DNA of 64,000 nucleotides from Eledone cirrhosa. Taxonomy: Eukaryota. Below, one piece after another: positions 14,138 to 27,270 of the stretch (positions are counted from its first letter, which is position 1; every line of letters begins with the position of its first letter). The position numbers and the translations under genes are program-made. The DNA is taken from NCBI GenBank assembly GCA_964016885.1, contig OZ024754.1, forward strand, positions 12,834,001-12,898,000, read 5' to 3'. The notes beneath the pieces were generated by a model. It worked only from the letters and a program-made list of their open reading frames with translations, did no database searches and was not told the origin of the DNA.

Positions 14138-14418
14138 ACATCATCATCACCGCCATTATCACTATCACCGCCACCGCCACAGCCACAGCCACCGCCATCA
14201 TCATCGCCATTATCACCATCACCATCATCATCATTATCCTCGCCATCATCATCATCATCATTATCCTTGCCATCATCATCATCATCATCATCATCATCGT
14301 CGTTGTTATCGCCGGCATCATCATCATCATTGTGATCATCATCATCATCATCATTGTGATCATCATCATCATCATCATTGCGATCATCATCATCATGGTC
14401 ATCGTTGGCATCATCATG
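14138..14418. repeat. (CAT)n-type trinucleotide repeat
   Basis: Direct reading. Confidence 0.95.
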
Positions 14419-15148
14419 AAATCGTACTTGGTCGAGATATAAATGCCCCCCCCCCCCGTTTATCTCGATCCTCCCTGTCATTAGACAGTCGTTCTGGGTA
14501 ACATCCAGTATCGTCTGCTACGACGTATGTGTTCAAATGACAACCAGTGTGATTTCAGCCCCGGAGCTGGTACTTCATTTTATCGAGAGCGGAAGGATGA
14601 AAAGCAGAGTTGGGATATTTGCATTTAGTATAGATGTCGGTAGCAAACATTGCCAGGCGTTCTCCCCTACACTTGGAAAGGACTTTACCATTTCCTAAAA
14701 AAAAGGGACATCTTTGAAAACATTTTGATTAGTAAATATATGTCGGAAATTCAAATTGGAAAACATTTTTACTAAGTTTATCTGTGGCGTTCTGAGACAA
14801 CAGGGATAGCTGCTTTAATTGAAAACACCTCAAACACGAACCATCTGACAGCCTGTATATTATCGCTTTACCTTCAACACATCGAAGTCAAATCTCCGTA
14901 AAATCACAACTTTAATGTTAGACGTGCTGTACGTGAATAAAATAAAGGATGGCCAAGACAGGGATGTTTTCATCATAAGTTTAACTGATCAGAGATGATA
15001 TGTTGTCTAACTTGGATATAAACATTAACATTTCACTATAGGCACACGCCACTCTCTAGCTTACTTCCTGTTTACTGTGAGTTATATATGCCTATAAATA
15101 TAAACATAATTTTGTTACACACACACGCACACACACACACACAGACAG

Positions 15149-15193
<45 letters not shown>

Positions 15194-15210
15194 CACATAC
15201 ATATATATTT

Positions 15211-15640
15211 AATATAGAAAATGCTTCTACAGTACTAGAACTGTTTAATTCGGGAGAAATCATAGAGGAAGCCGACTGTCCAAGTAATATGGTGGTATTT
15301 ATATCTTTTCTGGTGGTAGTAGAGGGTGGGGATTGGAATGTGTGGAGGTCATTGGTTGATGGGTTTAAAGAAAAGGGAATTCTTTAAAAACTATATTTAG
15401 AGTAACAAAGGCAAAAATAATTCCAATGACCTCCACTCATCCCAATTGCCACCCTCTCCTACCACCAGAAAAGATATAAATACCACCATATTACTTGGAC
15501 AGTCGGCTTCCTGATGATTTCTCCCGAATGAAACAGGTCTAGTCATGTAGAAGCCTTTTCTATATTAAATATTTATACCCTGCTTTGTGTTGAGTACCTT
15601 ACTTACTGTGGTTCCCTCCGATTGAACCCGGGATAGACTT
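15211..15640. mobile_element. PLE pseudo-LTR-like element with inverted 5' copy, flanked by (TA)n
   Basis: About 15211-15355 is inverted to about 15423-15567; 3' part homologous to 33690-33820. Confidence 0.75.
15505..15555 (+). ncRNA. Type I hammerhead ribozyme
   Basis: GGCTTC-CTGATGA-tTTCtcccGAAt-GAAA-CAGgtctagtcaTG-TA-GAAGCC; 6-bp stem I, GUA cleavage site. Confidence 0.75.
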
Positions 15641-15715
15641 ATATATATATATATAAGAACAAGTATGATCCCGACGGCAGAGCTCAAGCCGTTTCGACGG
15701 CTAATTCTGGACTAA

Positions 15716-15753
<38 letters not shown>

Positions 15754-15754
<1 letters not shown>

Positions 15755-17157
15755 TCTTTTACCTGTTCCGGCTGAGGCCATGCTGGGGCACCACCCTTGT
15801 TGCTAAACATTCTATCTCCAGCCCGTGTTGGCTGACCATTGGTGTAAGAGGGAGTTCGTTGCTGCTGCTCTTAGGTTTCCTTCCTACCGTGCCGTGGGCT
15901 CATCCGGGATCCTGGATAGTAGGGTGTTGAGATGTTTGTTGAAAGTATCCACATCCGCACCATGCAGATCTCTTCAATTTCTAGGCAGCTTGTTGAAGAG
16001 TTGAGGGCCTTTGAACACCAGGCTATTGTAATATCTGCTCCTTATTCTAGATGTGAAAGACGGAACCTTTAGCACCACACAGTGACGTCCTGTTCAGGGG
16101 TTGGTCCAGCTCTCAATGCCAAAGTTTGGTGCTAGTCCCTCCAGGATTTTCCATATGTATATCACTGCGTATCACGTCTTCGTTCCAAGGAGTAGAGTTT
16201 CAGTTCTTTTAGCCCCTCCCAGTAGCTTATCTCCTTCGTCGTGGCAATCCTCTTGGTGTAGCTTCGTTGGATTGCCTCAAGCTCAGTGGTTAGTTTGACA
16301 CTATGGAGGGACTACAGCTGGGAACAATAGTCCAGGCGTCTTAGGACAAATGACCTCCATAGTAGCAACATGTTATCTCGGTCTCTTGTCCGGAAAGTCC
16401 TCAAGATCCAGCCAGCGAGTCGTCTGCACATTGTCGCCACCCTCATGATGTGTGAAGAACACGGGGATTCCAATCCCTCCTCGTCCGGTGTAGCTGTGTA
16501 TTGTATTTTTGTTTGCAGGTTGGTATTAAAGAGCTTGAAATTTTCCACTATTAAACTGCATGTTGTTGTCCTCAGCCTATTTGTATATGGCGTCCAGATC
16601 ATGTTGTAAAAGAGCAGCGTCAGCCGGGTTTTTGAATGCCTGTGCTACCTTTGTGTCATCAGCATAGCTAGTGAGGGATGTTCTATGTACTATAGAGGGC
16701 ATGTCTGAGAGAGCCACCAAAAAAAAAGGTAGTGGTTCCAAGACTGGGCCCTGGAGCACCCCACTTGTTATTGATGTTTCCTTTGAGAGGGCCCCATTGC
16801 CTGCAACTGTATGGCTTGTATCTTTTAAGAAATCATGCAGCCATTCACCCACTTTTCCAGTTATGCCGAGTCTGTGTAGTTTGTGACATATCATTCCGTG
16901 GTCGACCTTGTCAAAGGCCTTCGCAAAGTCAAGATATATCACGACCATATGTGAGCTGCCTAACAGTTGTTTTAGTACCCAGTCATAGTGTTGTAACAGC
17001 TGTGTAAGGCAGCTTCTTCCTGGGCGAAAACCATGCTGCGTGCTAGTTGGGCGATCGTTTTCCTCGAGGAACGTGATCAGTTTCTTTCTGAGGATTCAAT
17101 CCATGACCTAACTGATATGTGACGTCAAGGCGGCTGGCCTGTAGTTTTTGGCCTCCG
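15754..17157 (-). mobile_element. CR1/L2-group LINE 3' fragment (RT), decayed; same family as 61811-63406
   Basis: IYLDFAKAFDKVDH, SGVLQGPVLEPL and YADDTK motifs, with frameshifts and an internal deletion. Confidence 0.92.
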
Positions 17158-17355
17158 TTCTGATGAACGTCAGCCAGCACGAAACAGACTGTCAGCTTCT
17201 CTCCCTTCTTTCGCCGAAAAGAAGTGACATAGTCACTACTTTAAAACTGATAGTGTATGGTCTTCTAAATGTTTTTAATTAAACATACGGTATATTGCCA
17301 AATATACTATACATACATTCATGTATACTTCGCTATTTCAGAGCACCAATCTTAT
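17157..17355 (+). mobile_element. Partial copy of the 315-bp hammerhead unit (see 54944-55409); HHR at 17157-17196
   Basis: CTGATGA...GAAA-CAGACTG-TC-AGC. Remainder is the reverse complement of about 54945-55125. Confidence 0.75.
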
Positions 17356-17464
17356 TATATATAAAAGAACGATCGACTTTCGCCAAATCGGACCGAGGGA
17401 ACAATGTTTCCGTTGGTCTTTCCAATTGCTAATACTATCTATCGGTCGCAACTCCAGGTAGAAG

Positions 17465-17583
17465 GAGCAACGTGAAATAAAGTGTCTTGCTCAAGGACAT
17501 AACGCATCGCCTGGTCCAGGAATCGAACTCACAACCTTACGATTGAGAGTCCAATTCTCTAACCATTCAGCCACACGCCTTCA
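17465..17583 (-). mobile_element. tRNA-derived SINE head of a second family
   Basis: Minus strand has TGGCTGAATGG (A box), GTTCGATTCC (B box) and TTGAGCAAGACACTT. Confidence 0.7.
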
Positions 17584-17584
17584 C

Positions 17585-17651
<67 letters not shown>

Positions 17652-17734
17652 TATATATGAATGCAATTGTTTACGTTTTTCGCCCTGTTTTCCTCAAAGT
17701 GGGATTTAAAAAAATGTAATGTATTTATTTATAT

Positions 17735-17812
17735 TTGATGGATTCTGAGGAGTTAGTCTTGCAAGAATGGAATATTCCTGTTAGTCTAACGACATGGTAG
17801 TAAATCCATTAA
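17735..17812 (+). ncRNA. Type I hammerhead-like motif with GAAA changed to GACA
   Basis: 10-bp stem I TTGATGGATT/AATCCATTAA, core CTGAGGA, stem II GTTAG/CTAAC, then GAcA...G-TA. Confidence 0.6.
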
Positions 17813-17989
17813 ATGCTATAATGACAATCCAATAATGTGTGTTTGTATATATATATATATATATATGATGTTAATGCAAAAACGCGTGACTGACGTGCGC
17901 AACGCATCAAAAACATATGTACGTACAGATGTGTTTCGCTGTGTTTGCTTGCAAGTTAATAAATATGTATGTATATATATATTTTACTG

Positions 17990-18025
<36 letters not shown>

Positions 18026-18029
18026 CACA

Positions 18030-18370
18030 CACAAAAACAAAATGGCGTAGGACAGAACAAAGGAGAGGCACAAAAACAAAGAAAAGAATCCCCAGTCACT
18101 GAAGAGGTCACAGAATGTGTGACGAAAGAACTTTGACAATATATAAACAACTATCTGGTTGTGGAACCAACCAACCAACCAGAAATTTATTAATTTATAG
18201 ATTTTTAAATTTATAAATTCCTAAATTTATAAATTTATTATAATAAATTGAAGTGAAAGCAACTGGTGCGTGTGTTTCTTATTGGCAACATGACCCTCCC
18301 AAAGTATAACAATATCGGTTTCAACACACGATTTCAGATAAAGAATCTTGCTAAACAAATTCAGAAACGA
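18030..18370 (+). mobile_element. PLE pseudo-LTR with hammerhead at 18095-18137
   Basis: GTCA-CTGAAGA-g-GTCACA gaatg TGTGAC-GAAA-GAAC-TT-TGAC. Homologous to the 3' LTR of the GIY-YIG element at 26330-27270. Confidence 0.8.
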
Positions 18371-18390
18371 TATATATATATATATATATA

Positions 18391-20474
18391 TAATAAAATA
18401 CGTCCCTCATCAGTGATTTGCCGAAGATCATAGATATTTCATTGCATTAAAAATCATATATCTCACTTCGGTGCAATAATAACCAAAATAAGTTATTAGG
18501 ACAATTAAAACGCGTAAAGCGAGTGAGACAGGAGAACAACAGAAAATATAGCATACCGTGGGAGAGAAACAAGCTTCAAAAATTATTCTGTTAGCGTAAG
18601 CTAGGTGAATATATGAGCGCTTAGAGAAAGAATAGTGCCAGCACGAACGAAGGCCATTGAGCACTGCTCAATGGCCTTCGTTCGTGCTGGCACTATTCTT
18701 TCTCTAAGCGCTCATATATTCACCTAGCTTACGCTAACAGAATAATTTTTGAAGCTTGTTTCTCTCCCACGGTATGCTATATTTTCTGTTGTTCTCCTGT
18801 CTCACTCGCTTTACGCGTTTTAATTGTCCTAATAACTTATTTTGGTTATTATTGCACCGAAGTGAGATATATGATTTTTAATGCAATGAAATATCTATGA
18901 TCTTCGGCAAATCACTGATGAGGGACGTATTTTATTACATGTTACCATGTGCTACCTGCAGTATTTTTCTCTATATTTTAATACATATATTTACCACTGC
19001 GATTCTGTGTTTTTTTCTCTCTCTCTTACTGTTCCCCCATTCTCTCTGTTTCTCCCCCTCTGTCTTGTCCGTTAACTCTTCCTCACACTTTCACTCACTC
19101 ACTGTTTTTCTCCCTCTTCTCTTCATTTCATCCTGCACTCACGGACGCTATTTTTTCTCTCTCTGCTCAATGGCCTTCGTTCGTGCTGGCACTATTCTTT
19201 CTCTAAGCGCTCATATATTCACCTAGCTTACGCTAACAGAATAATTTTTGAAGCTTGTTTCTCTCCCACGGTATGCTATATTTTCTGTTGTTCTCCTGTC
19301 TCACTCGCTTTACGCGTTTTAATTGTCCTAATAACTTATTTTGGTTATTATTGCACCGAAGTGAGATATATGATTTTTAATGCAATGAAATATCTATGAT
19401 CTTCGGCAAATCACTGATGAGGGACGTATTTTATTACATGTTACCATGTGCTACCTGCAGTATTTTTCTCTATATTTTAATACATATATTTACCACTGCG
19501 ATTCTGTGTTTTTTTCTCTCTCTCTTACTGTTCCCCCATTCTCTCTGTTTCTTCCCCTCTGTCTTGTCCGTTAACTCTTCCTCACACTTTCACTCACTCA
19601 CTGTTTTTCTCCCTCTTCTCTTCATTTCATCCTGCACTCACGGACGCTATTTTTTCTCTCTCTGCTCAATGGCCTTCGTTCGTGCTGGCACTATTCTTTC
19701 TCTAAGCGCTCATATATTCACCTAGCTTACGCTAACAGAATAATTTTTGAAGCTTGTTTCTCTCCCACGGTATGCTATATTTTCTGTTGTTCTCCTGTCT
19801 CACTCGCTTTACGCGTTTTAATTGTCCTAATAACTTATTTTGGTTATTATTGCACCGAAGTGAGATATATGATTTTTAATGCAATGAAATATCTATGATC
19901 TTCGGCAAATCACTGATGAGGGACGTATTTTATTACATGTTACCATGTGCTACCTGCAGTATTTTTCTCCATATTTTAATACATATATTTACCACTGCGA
20001 TTCTGTGTTTTTTTCTCTCTCTCTTACTGTTCCCCCATTCTCTCTGTTTCTCCCCCTCTGTCTTGTCCGTTAACTCTTCCTCACACTTTCACTCACTCAC
20101 TGTTTTTCTCCCTCTTCTCTTCATTTCATCCTGCACTCACGGACGCTATTTTTTCTCTCTCTGCTCAATGGCCTTCGTTCGTGCTGGCACTATTCTTTCT
20201 CTAAGCGCTCATATATTCACCTAGCTTACGCTAACAGAATAATTTTTGAAGCTTGTTTCTCTCCCACGGTATGCTATATTTTCTGTTGTTCTCCTGTCTC
20301 ACTCGCTTTACGCGTTTTAATTGTCCTAATAACTTATTTTGGTTATTATTGCACCGAGAAGTGAGATATATGATTTTTAATGCAATGAAATATCTATGAT
20401 CTTCGGCAAATCACTGATGAGGGACGTATTTTATTACATGTTACCATGTGCTACCTGCAGTATTTTTCTCTATA

Positions 20475-20481
<7 letters not shown>
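18391..20481. repeat. 499-bp tandem array (about 3.6 near-identical copies) preceded by a 273-bp perfect inverted copy, inside (TA)n
   Basis: Equivalent positions at 18897, 19396, 19895 and 20396. Palindrome 18391-18937 centred on 18664. Confidence 0.95.
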
Positions 20482-20512
<31 letters not shown>

Positions 20513-20515
<3 letters not shown>

Positions 20516-21511
20516 ACTCCATACCCTATTCCCAATTCCCCCGTCTTCGTCGACTCTGTAGCCAGGACGATGATTTAGAAACCAATTCCCTTCGCATGGC
20601 TTCCTGCTTCATCCAGCGTGGATATCCCAGCCCCCACCTTGATCCAAGCTGCTCTCACTCGCGCCCATGTAACAGACCGCACCACAACCCTCTCACCTCA
20701 CCTACCACCCCCATCACCCTACCACTCCGGCGACATATCCTCCGTTCGTTCCGAATCTTCTTTTCTGACCCCGTCACTTCTCGCTTTTTTTCCAAACCCA
20801 CTCATTACTGCTTTTAAGCGCGCCCCAACCTCCGCGACCTCCTGGTTCGCAGTTCTTTTTCGTCCTCTCCCACGACTCCACCCGGCTCTCATCCTTGTTC
20901 CCGTTCCCGTTCCAACACTTGTCCCTTTATATCCATCCTCACCAATCTTACAGACCATAACGGGTCTTTTCGTATCCGCCATTCCTTCACCTGCACATCC
21001 ACCCACGTTGTCTATGCCCTTCGGTGTTCCCTTTGCGGGTCTTTATATATCGGACAAACGGGACACCGTATGACGGACCGTTCTGCCGACATTTGAGGCA
21101 CATGCGACTCGGTTTGGATACTCCTGTCGCCCGTCATTTCTGTTCTCCTGGTCATTCTTCCCTACATGTTTCAGTCCTGGGTGTCCTTTTACATCATGGA
21201 TCACAGGCCTCGCGCACCAGGAGTGAACAAAGTCTGATTCACCGTCTTGGGTCCTATTCCCCTCTTGGACTCAACTCTATCCAATTTCTCTAATACCCCG
21301 TCCATTATCACACCCCTAGATTCCTATCGCTTTCTCTTGATCATTAGCAGCTTCTCTTACTACTAATACATGCCGATACACACCCTTATATTAACATATT
21401 TTGCTCATAGCTTCGTACTTACATGCACACACACTCTTTTACTCACATATACACACACATTTCTTCTTAGCTTCGTACGGACCTATAATAACACACACAC
21501 ACACACACACC

Positions 21512-21594
<83 letters not shown>

Positions 21595-21930
21595 ACGCAC
21601 GTGTTCAAGTATAGCTCTTTTAACAAAACGGTTTTTTTCCATTTCAGGTAGACGCGCTCCATCATCCACTTTTCTAAAAAGCAAATCATACACAAAACGT
21701 CAGCACCAACAGTTTTGCAAGAGATGTCAACATGAATGGACCTGTTATTTTTATCTAAAGACAATTTTTTCCAATTCCATCCCGCCTCAATCTATTTTAT
21801 TTCTCATTCTTTCTTATGAGGAAAGACTAGCGACCGAAACGTTAAAACCCTCTTCCTGCTATATCAAGCGGTAACCTAATATATACCTTCCATATACTGT
21901 ACCGATTGTGTTGTTATTTCTGTATTCCTT
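20513..21930 (+). mobile_element. PLE 3' fragment (RT C-terminus, GIY-YIG endonuclease, pseudo-LTR), frameshifted
   Basis: SIPYSQFPRLRRLCS, FIQRGYP and SFTCTSTHVVYALRCSLCGSLYIGQTG motifs. Degenerate HHR CTtATGA-gg...cc-GAAACGTT at 21810-21846. Confidence 0.88.
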
Positions 21931-22289
21931 TTACATACATATATATATATATTATATATACATATACACATAAATATAAAAACTTATATGAACATATATC
22001 TATTTTTATGAAATTAATTACCATTGGATTTAAGACGAATATGCATACATATACCAACACACAGATATACACATAAATACACAGACATACATACAGGTAC
22101 CTATATATACCCCCCCCCACACACACATATATATATATATAAGGAGGAAGTTATAGTTCACTTGAAGCATTGTGTAATGAGGTATAAACGTTTGTATATG
22201 TATAATAAAGCCAATAAAGAATGCAAATGCAAAAGATATTGTTGACAATTAGTCTTTTACCTTAGATTTATTTAAATGTCCTTAATTTT

Positions 22290-22740
22290 CAAGATAAAAT
22301 CTCTTCTTCGGAGGAAAGTAAAGCGGTTAAATCAGTGTTCTAAATAGCTTGCCAAAAGAAATTACGCAATAGTGATTGCCTAAACACGAGAAATGAATTT
22401 TTCACACGTTGTCCACACGTCACCAAACATCTATTACATAACTACAAGGCTCCGGACTGATTCTTTGTAATTTTATTTTTAAATTTTTTTATTTTATTTT
22501 CAACCAAATAACTTTCCGGACTTTCGCAGTTATCTCCCTTACACCCCCCCCCCGCACGCAGTCTACTATTGCCTGCGTGAAGTGACCGAGTTTCTGCGCA
22601 TGCGTATTCGTACGGTTATCCTTCCTGTTCCTATAACCATATACATCCCGAGCTGAAGATCCGCGAAGGTGAAACAATTGTTCTCGGTATGGTGAACTAA
22701 CTGTTGTGTAACCACTTCTATCTACTCTATGTAGGTAACA
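22290..22740 (+). mobile_element. PLE 3' remnant with hammerhead
   Basis: DCLNTRNEFFTRCPH resembles the LLNKKEELVTACKH C-terminus near 24250; followed by an HHR. Confidence 0.6.
22648..22687 (+). ncRNA. Minimal type I hammerhead ribozyme
   Basis: CCGAG-CTGAAGA-tCCgcgaaGGt-GAAA-CAATTG-TT-CTCGG with palindromic stem III. Homologue at 44557-44599 (-). Confidence 0.78.
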
Positions 22741-22746
22741 GAGCTT

Positions 22747-22923
22747 AATAGTTATGTAATAAACAACATAAGGTAATTATTTCATTTACCAGTGGTTTCT
22801 TAAAAGCAAAAAAATTTTGCTTTCAATTTTTTCATTCTGATGATTGAAAGCAAAATTTTTTTGCTTTTAAGAAACCACTGGTAAATGAAATAATTGCCTT
22901 ATGTTGTTTGTTGCATAACTATT
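22747..22923. repeat. Inverted repeat with arms of about 80 bp and CTGATGA at the turn
   Basis: Arms read directly; a few mismatches. Confidence 0.9.
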
Positions 22924-22952
22924 GTATATATATATTTATATATATATATATA

Positions 22953-23718
22953 AATACATTAACAGAGAAAGCCTTAAGCTATACTCTGACTGGCTACCAT
23001 CTTACTCAACAAACATTAGGATATACCTTAGTATAATCCCAATTTTATGTTTGGGGTGCTAACTATATGTATTTTGTGGAAAGCCAGTTGTATTATTTTA
23101 TATGAGATATAATTAAAATTAAAATATATCTCTCTTTCCAAACAATCGTTTCATTATAAGTTTTCTACAAGTTGGGAGAATGTGACGGGTTATGTAGAAG
23201 CCTGCATATTTTTCTGTAAGAACACATGCGGGTGGGCACTTATAAATCATCAGTGGATGCCCGTCAAACATTGATATCAGAAAAAATACCTTACCACTGT
23301 CAGTTTTCGTGTCAGCAAATTGTCCCTCCACGCATCATAATGACCGCCAAATTTGAAATTCCAGCAGTCTCAGAATGAGGAATTTCACAGCGTCACGAAG
23401 CGGAAAAGGGAGGCAATCGCGAAACACAAGAAAGTAAAATAATTTACACGTGAGTTAATTAATTTTTTCAACAATTTTAACCCTGCGTGTTAAGAATTCA
23501 ATTAGATTTTAAAAAAATAAATGTATGCATGTATTAATTACACACACACATATAGATATTTTCTTAGGCTAAAAACAGAGATATGATACCAAAATAACAA
23601 TCAATATTTCATAATAATAATAAAAAATACGGAAAGTTACGCTTAAAAGGTATCTGGAAATATACATCTCTGGCTAAATCAAGAGTAAAATATTCAATAC
23701 ATTAACAGAGAAAGCCTT
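22953..23718 (-). mobile_element. 743-bp unit with 23-bp terminal redundancy and a decayed hammerhead (about 23183-23266)
   Basis: AATACATTAACAGAGAAAGCCTT at 22953 and 23696. Minus-strand CTGATGA with a stem II, enclosed by TGACGGG/CCCGTCA. Confidence 0.5.
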
Positions 23719-25140
23719 CTTTAGACTCCTCGAAAAAACTTCCCACTACAACACCCCTACCACAACATAATCAACAAAAATACCATCAAACTCTCCTAGA
23801 GCACCACACCTAACTTCGCACAAAACTTCGTCTCCTCAAACAACAAAAAACTCAACCCCTATGGAAGAAATAACCTAGACATCAGTGGAGAGCCAACCAG
23901 GAGGTGTAACTGCCCTGATAGATCTACGTGCCCCCACAACAACAAATGCCGAGAACGTAACGTGATCTACCTGTGCAACGTGAGGACGGACACCTCTAAC
24001 AAAGCTTATATAGGATTAACCACGTGTGACTTCAAGACCCGGCTCTACCAAAACCGACATATTTTCCGAAACCCGGTCCGGCGACATGCCACTACACTTT
24101 CGGGCCACATCTGGGACCTCCAAGATAATAATATAACCTACAATCTCACTTGGAGCTTATTGTCCAAAGCTAACTCTTACAGCGGAGGACGCCGTCCGTG
24201 TAACTTATGCTCGGAAGAAACATTACAAATGCTGTTTTCGAAGGACCAACTCCTAAACAAGAAAGAGGAACTGGTAACCGCATGCAAACACAGATTGCGT
24301 AGGACTTACCTCGCCTCAAACCCCATAACGACCCGAGTGGGTAGACAAGGGCTGATACCCCCCTACTTGCCGAATAATTAGGGGAAACCCCAGCTTACTT
24401 AGGTAGATGTATCTCTTTTCTTTTCCTCTTTGTCTTCTTCTTCCCCCTGTCTCATCCTATCACTTCCTTCCACCCCCTATTTTCTTCCTCGTCTGCTTTT
24501 CCCCTTCGCCTACCCCGATGCAACCCATCGGGCCTCTGTAGCATCAGTGCCACCACCCCTGTAATTTTAAGATAGTAAAACGTATTAGGCCAATTCTAAC
24601 TACTTATAGCAGATGTGTTAAACCCCTTTAATTCTGTATCAGTTCTGGTACTACAAGTTTTTTCTACAAGTTTTTTTCTATTCTCAACTTATTAACCTAT
24701 AATTGTAAGATAGCATTGTGATTTTTTGTATTAATTTCTCACTATCTAATTTTATATATATTTTTCTTTCTTTCTATTAACTTTTATTGTCTCCTACTCT
24801 CATTCTATTTACCTATTCTATAACCTCCCTCTTCCACTTCATACACTATCCTTAGAATCTGCTGTATACATATCACTTTCAACGCTTGACCGCCCCACTC
24901 ACTTCCCTATTGTTCTACAGGCAAGTTCTGTCACCCTACCTCCCACCAAATGCCATGAAAGACTTATTTGTGTTTACAACAAATTTTAACCATTCCTCTT
25001 GACAACTACAATCTTCCCATATAAGGAAGTACCCCCTTGAAAAGTTGGCTATTTATTCACCAGGCTAAAAATTCTAATTTAGTCCAGAAATAGCCGACGA
25101 AACGGCTTGAGCTCTGCCGTCGGGTCATACTTTTTCCTAT
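23719..25140 (+). mobile_element. PLE 3' fragment: GIY-YIG endonuclease (NTIKLS...CNC..CP..C...VIY...YIG...CNLC.EE...LNK) plus pseudo-LTR
   Basis: ORF 23962-24381 and upstream frame with an in-frame stop. Ends in (TA)n after a variant HHR. Confidence 0.88.
25032..25112 (+). ncRNA. Variant hammerhead (U3-A8 core TTGAAAA) with long stem II
   Basis: TTGAAAA, then 11-bp stem GTTGGCTATTT/AAATAGCCGAC enclosing GGCTAAA/TTTAGTC, then GAAA-CGGC-TT. Stem I is weak. Confidence 0.5.
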
Positions 25141-25469
25141 TTATATATATATATATATATTTATATAGATATATATATATTTATATACATATATATATCC
25201 GCGAGCTTCCAACAGAAATGGTCACATTCTTTAAGGGTATGTCAATATATATTTATAAAACTGATCTATATTATATTTTATCTGCTGAAAGCGCACCATA
25301 ATTTGACTTGGTGTCCTTGAAATATGTATAATGAAATAAATATGGTTTTATAAATATAGTTTCCATTTGTTAATATATTGTATTTTTACTCCAAAAATTT
25401 GTTGAGTGCTTTATATCAGTTATAAAAATATTTGCCTCTTGTATCCCAACAAATTAAATATAACTTCTA

Positions 25470-25725
25470 CATATATATATATAAATATATAAATATATAT
25501 AAATATATATATAAATATAAATATATATAAATATATATATATATAAATATAAATATATATAAATATATATATATATAATATAAATATATATAAATATATA
25601 TATATATAAAGATAAATATATATAAATATATATATATATATAAAGATAAATATATATAAATATAAATATATATATAAATATAAATATATATATAAATATA
25701 TATATATATAAATATATATATAAAT

Positions 25726-25756
<31 letters not shown>

Positions 25757-25803
25757 AATATATATAAATATATATATATATATAAATATATATATATATA
25801 AAT

Positions 25804-25838
<35 letters not shown>

Positions 25839-25982
25839 AATATATATATATATAAATATATATATATATAAATATATATAAATATATATAAATATATAAA
25901 TATATATATATATAAATATAAATATATATAAATATATATATATACAAATATAGATATATATAAATATATATAAATATATATA

Positions 25983-26016
<34 letters not shown>

Positions 26017-26330
26017 TAAATATAAATATATATATATAAATAAATATATATAAATATATATATATATAAATAAATATAAATATATATAAATATATATATA
26101 AATAAATATAAATATATATAAATATAAATATATATATAAATAAATATAAATATATATAAATATAAATATATATAAATATATATAAATATAAATATATATA
26201 AATATATATAAATATATATAAATATAAATATATATAAATATATATAAATATATATATATATAAATAAATATAAATATATATATATATATAAATATATATA
26301 AATATATATATATAAATATAAATATATATA
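25470..26330. repeat. (TA)n/(TAAATA)n microsatellite
   Basis: Direct reading. Confidence 0.97.
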
Positions 26331-27270
26331 TTGTTATACTTTGGGAGGGTCATGTTGCCAATAAGAAACACACGCACCAGTTGCTTTCACTTCAATTTAT
26401 TATATATTTATAAATTTATAAATTTACAAATCTACAAACTTATAAATTTCTGGTTGGTTGGTTCCACAACCAGATAGTTGTTTATATATAGTCATAGTCC
26501 TTTCGTCACACACTCTGTGACCTCTTCAGTGACTGGGGATTCCTTTCTTTGTTTCTGTGCCTTTCCTTTCTTCTGTCCTACGCCATTTTGTTTGTGTGTG
26601 TGTTGTGTGCTCAGTTTGCGCATGCGCCACATCCGGGTGTCTGTGTGTGTTTGTGTTCATTTATCTATTTGTTTATTTATTTACATGTTGTTGGTTGGTT
26701 GTTTGTTCTATGTGTGTGTGTGTTTTCATTTTGTCCTTAATTGTAAGTTGTGATGTTGCTGTTCCACTCATATTTTCTATTTAATTTTGGTTGTAATTCT
26801 TTTATGCTTACTGCCTCTGTAATTTGCCTAAACATTGCATCTTTTCTGTGTGTGGATTCTATTTTTATTTCTATGTTCTCCAATTTACCCTTGTGTTCTA
26901 TCTTAGCATGTTGGTAGAGTACAGATGATTCTTTATTATCTTGAAGGTCTCGCCAGTGTTCATTTATCCGTTCCCCTATACTACGAGCTGTCTCACCTAT
27001 GTACACTATATTTTTGTTTCTACATTGTCCTTCAGTACATCTTATGCTTTACACTACATTTCTAGTTTTACAGTTAATATGGGGGCTTATTTTACAGGTT
27101 ATACATTTCTTATCTATACATGAGGGTCTTTGGAACGGGTATGTCTTGCTAATAAGTGTTTTTATGGAGGTACCTGGTCTTTCTACTATCTTAATATTGA
27201 GTTTATATCTATTTGGGGCCCTTCTAAATTTGTAGGCTAGTTCGCCTCTAGGGGTTGTATTGATGAACAA
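26330..27270 (-). mobile_element. PLE 3' fragment: GIY-YIG endonuclease (KIVERPG...NVV*..YIGETARS..R..EH...LNRKYEW) plus pseudo-LTR
   Basis: ORFs 27049-27270 and 26737-27006 are joined through a TAA stop. Flanked by (TA)n on both sides. Confidence 0.9.
26490..26534 (-). ncRNA. Type I hammerhead ribozyme with an extra nucleotide after A9
   Basis: AGTCA-CTGAAGA-g-GTCACA gagtg TGTGAC-GAAA-GGAC-TA-TGACT. Confidence 0.8.

Noticed and set aside
18897-20578. Repeated 109-aa hydrophobic ORF as a tandem membrane-protein gene
   Set aside because: Arises from the pyrimidine-rich strand of the 499-bp repeat; no recognisable domain.
27049-27051. In-frame stop in the PLE GIY-YIG as selenocysteine recoding
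   Set aside because: The codon is TAA at a conserved Tyr position, not TGA at a Cys position.
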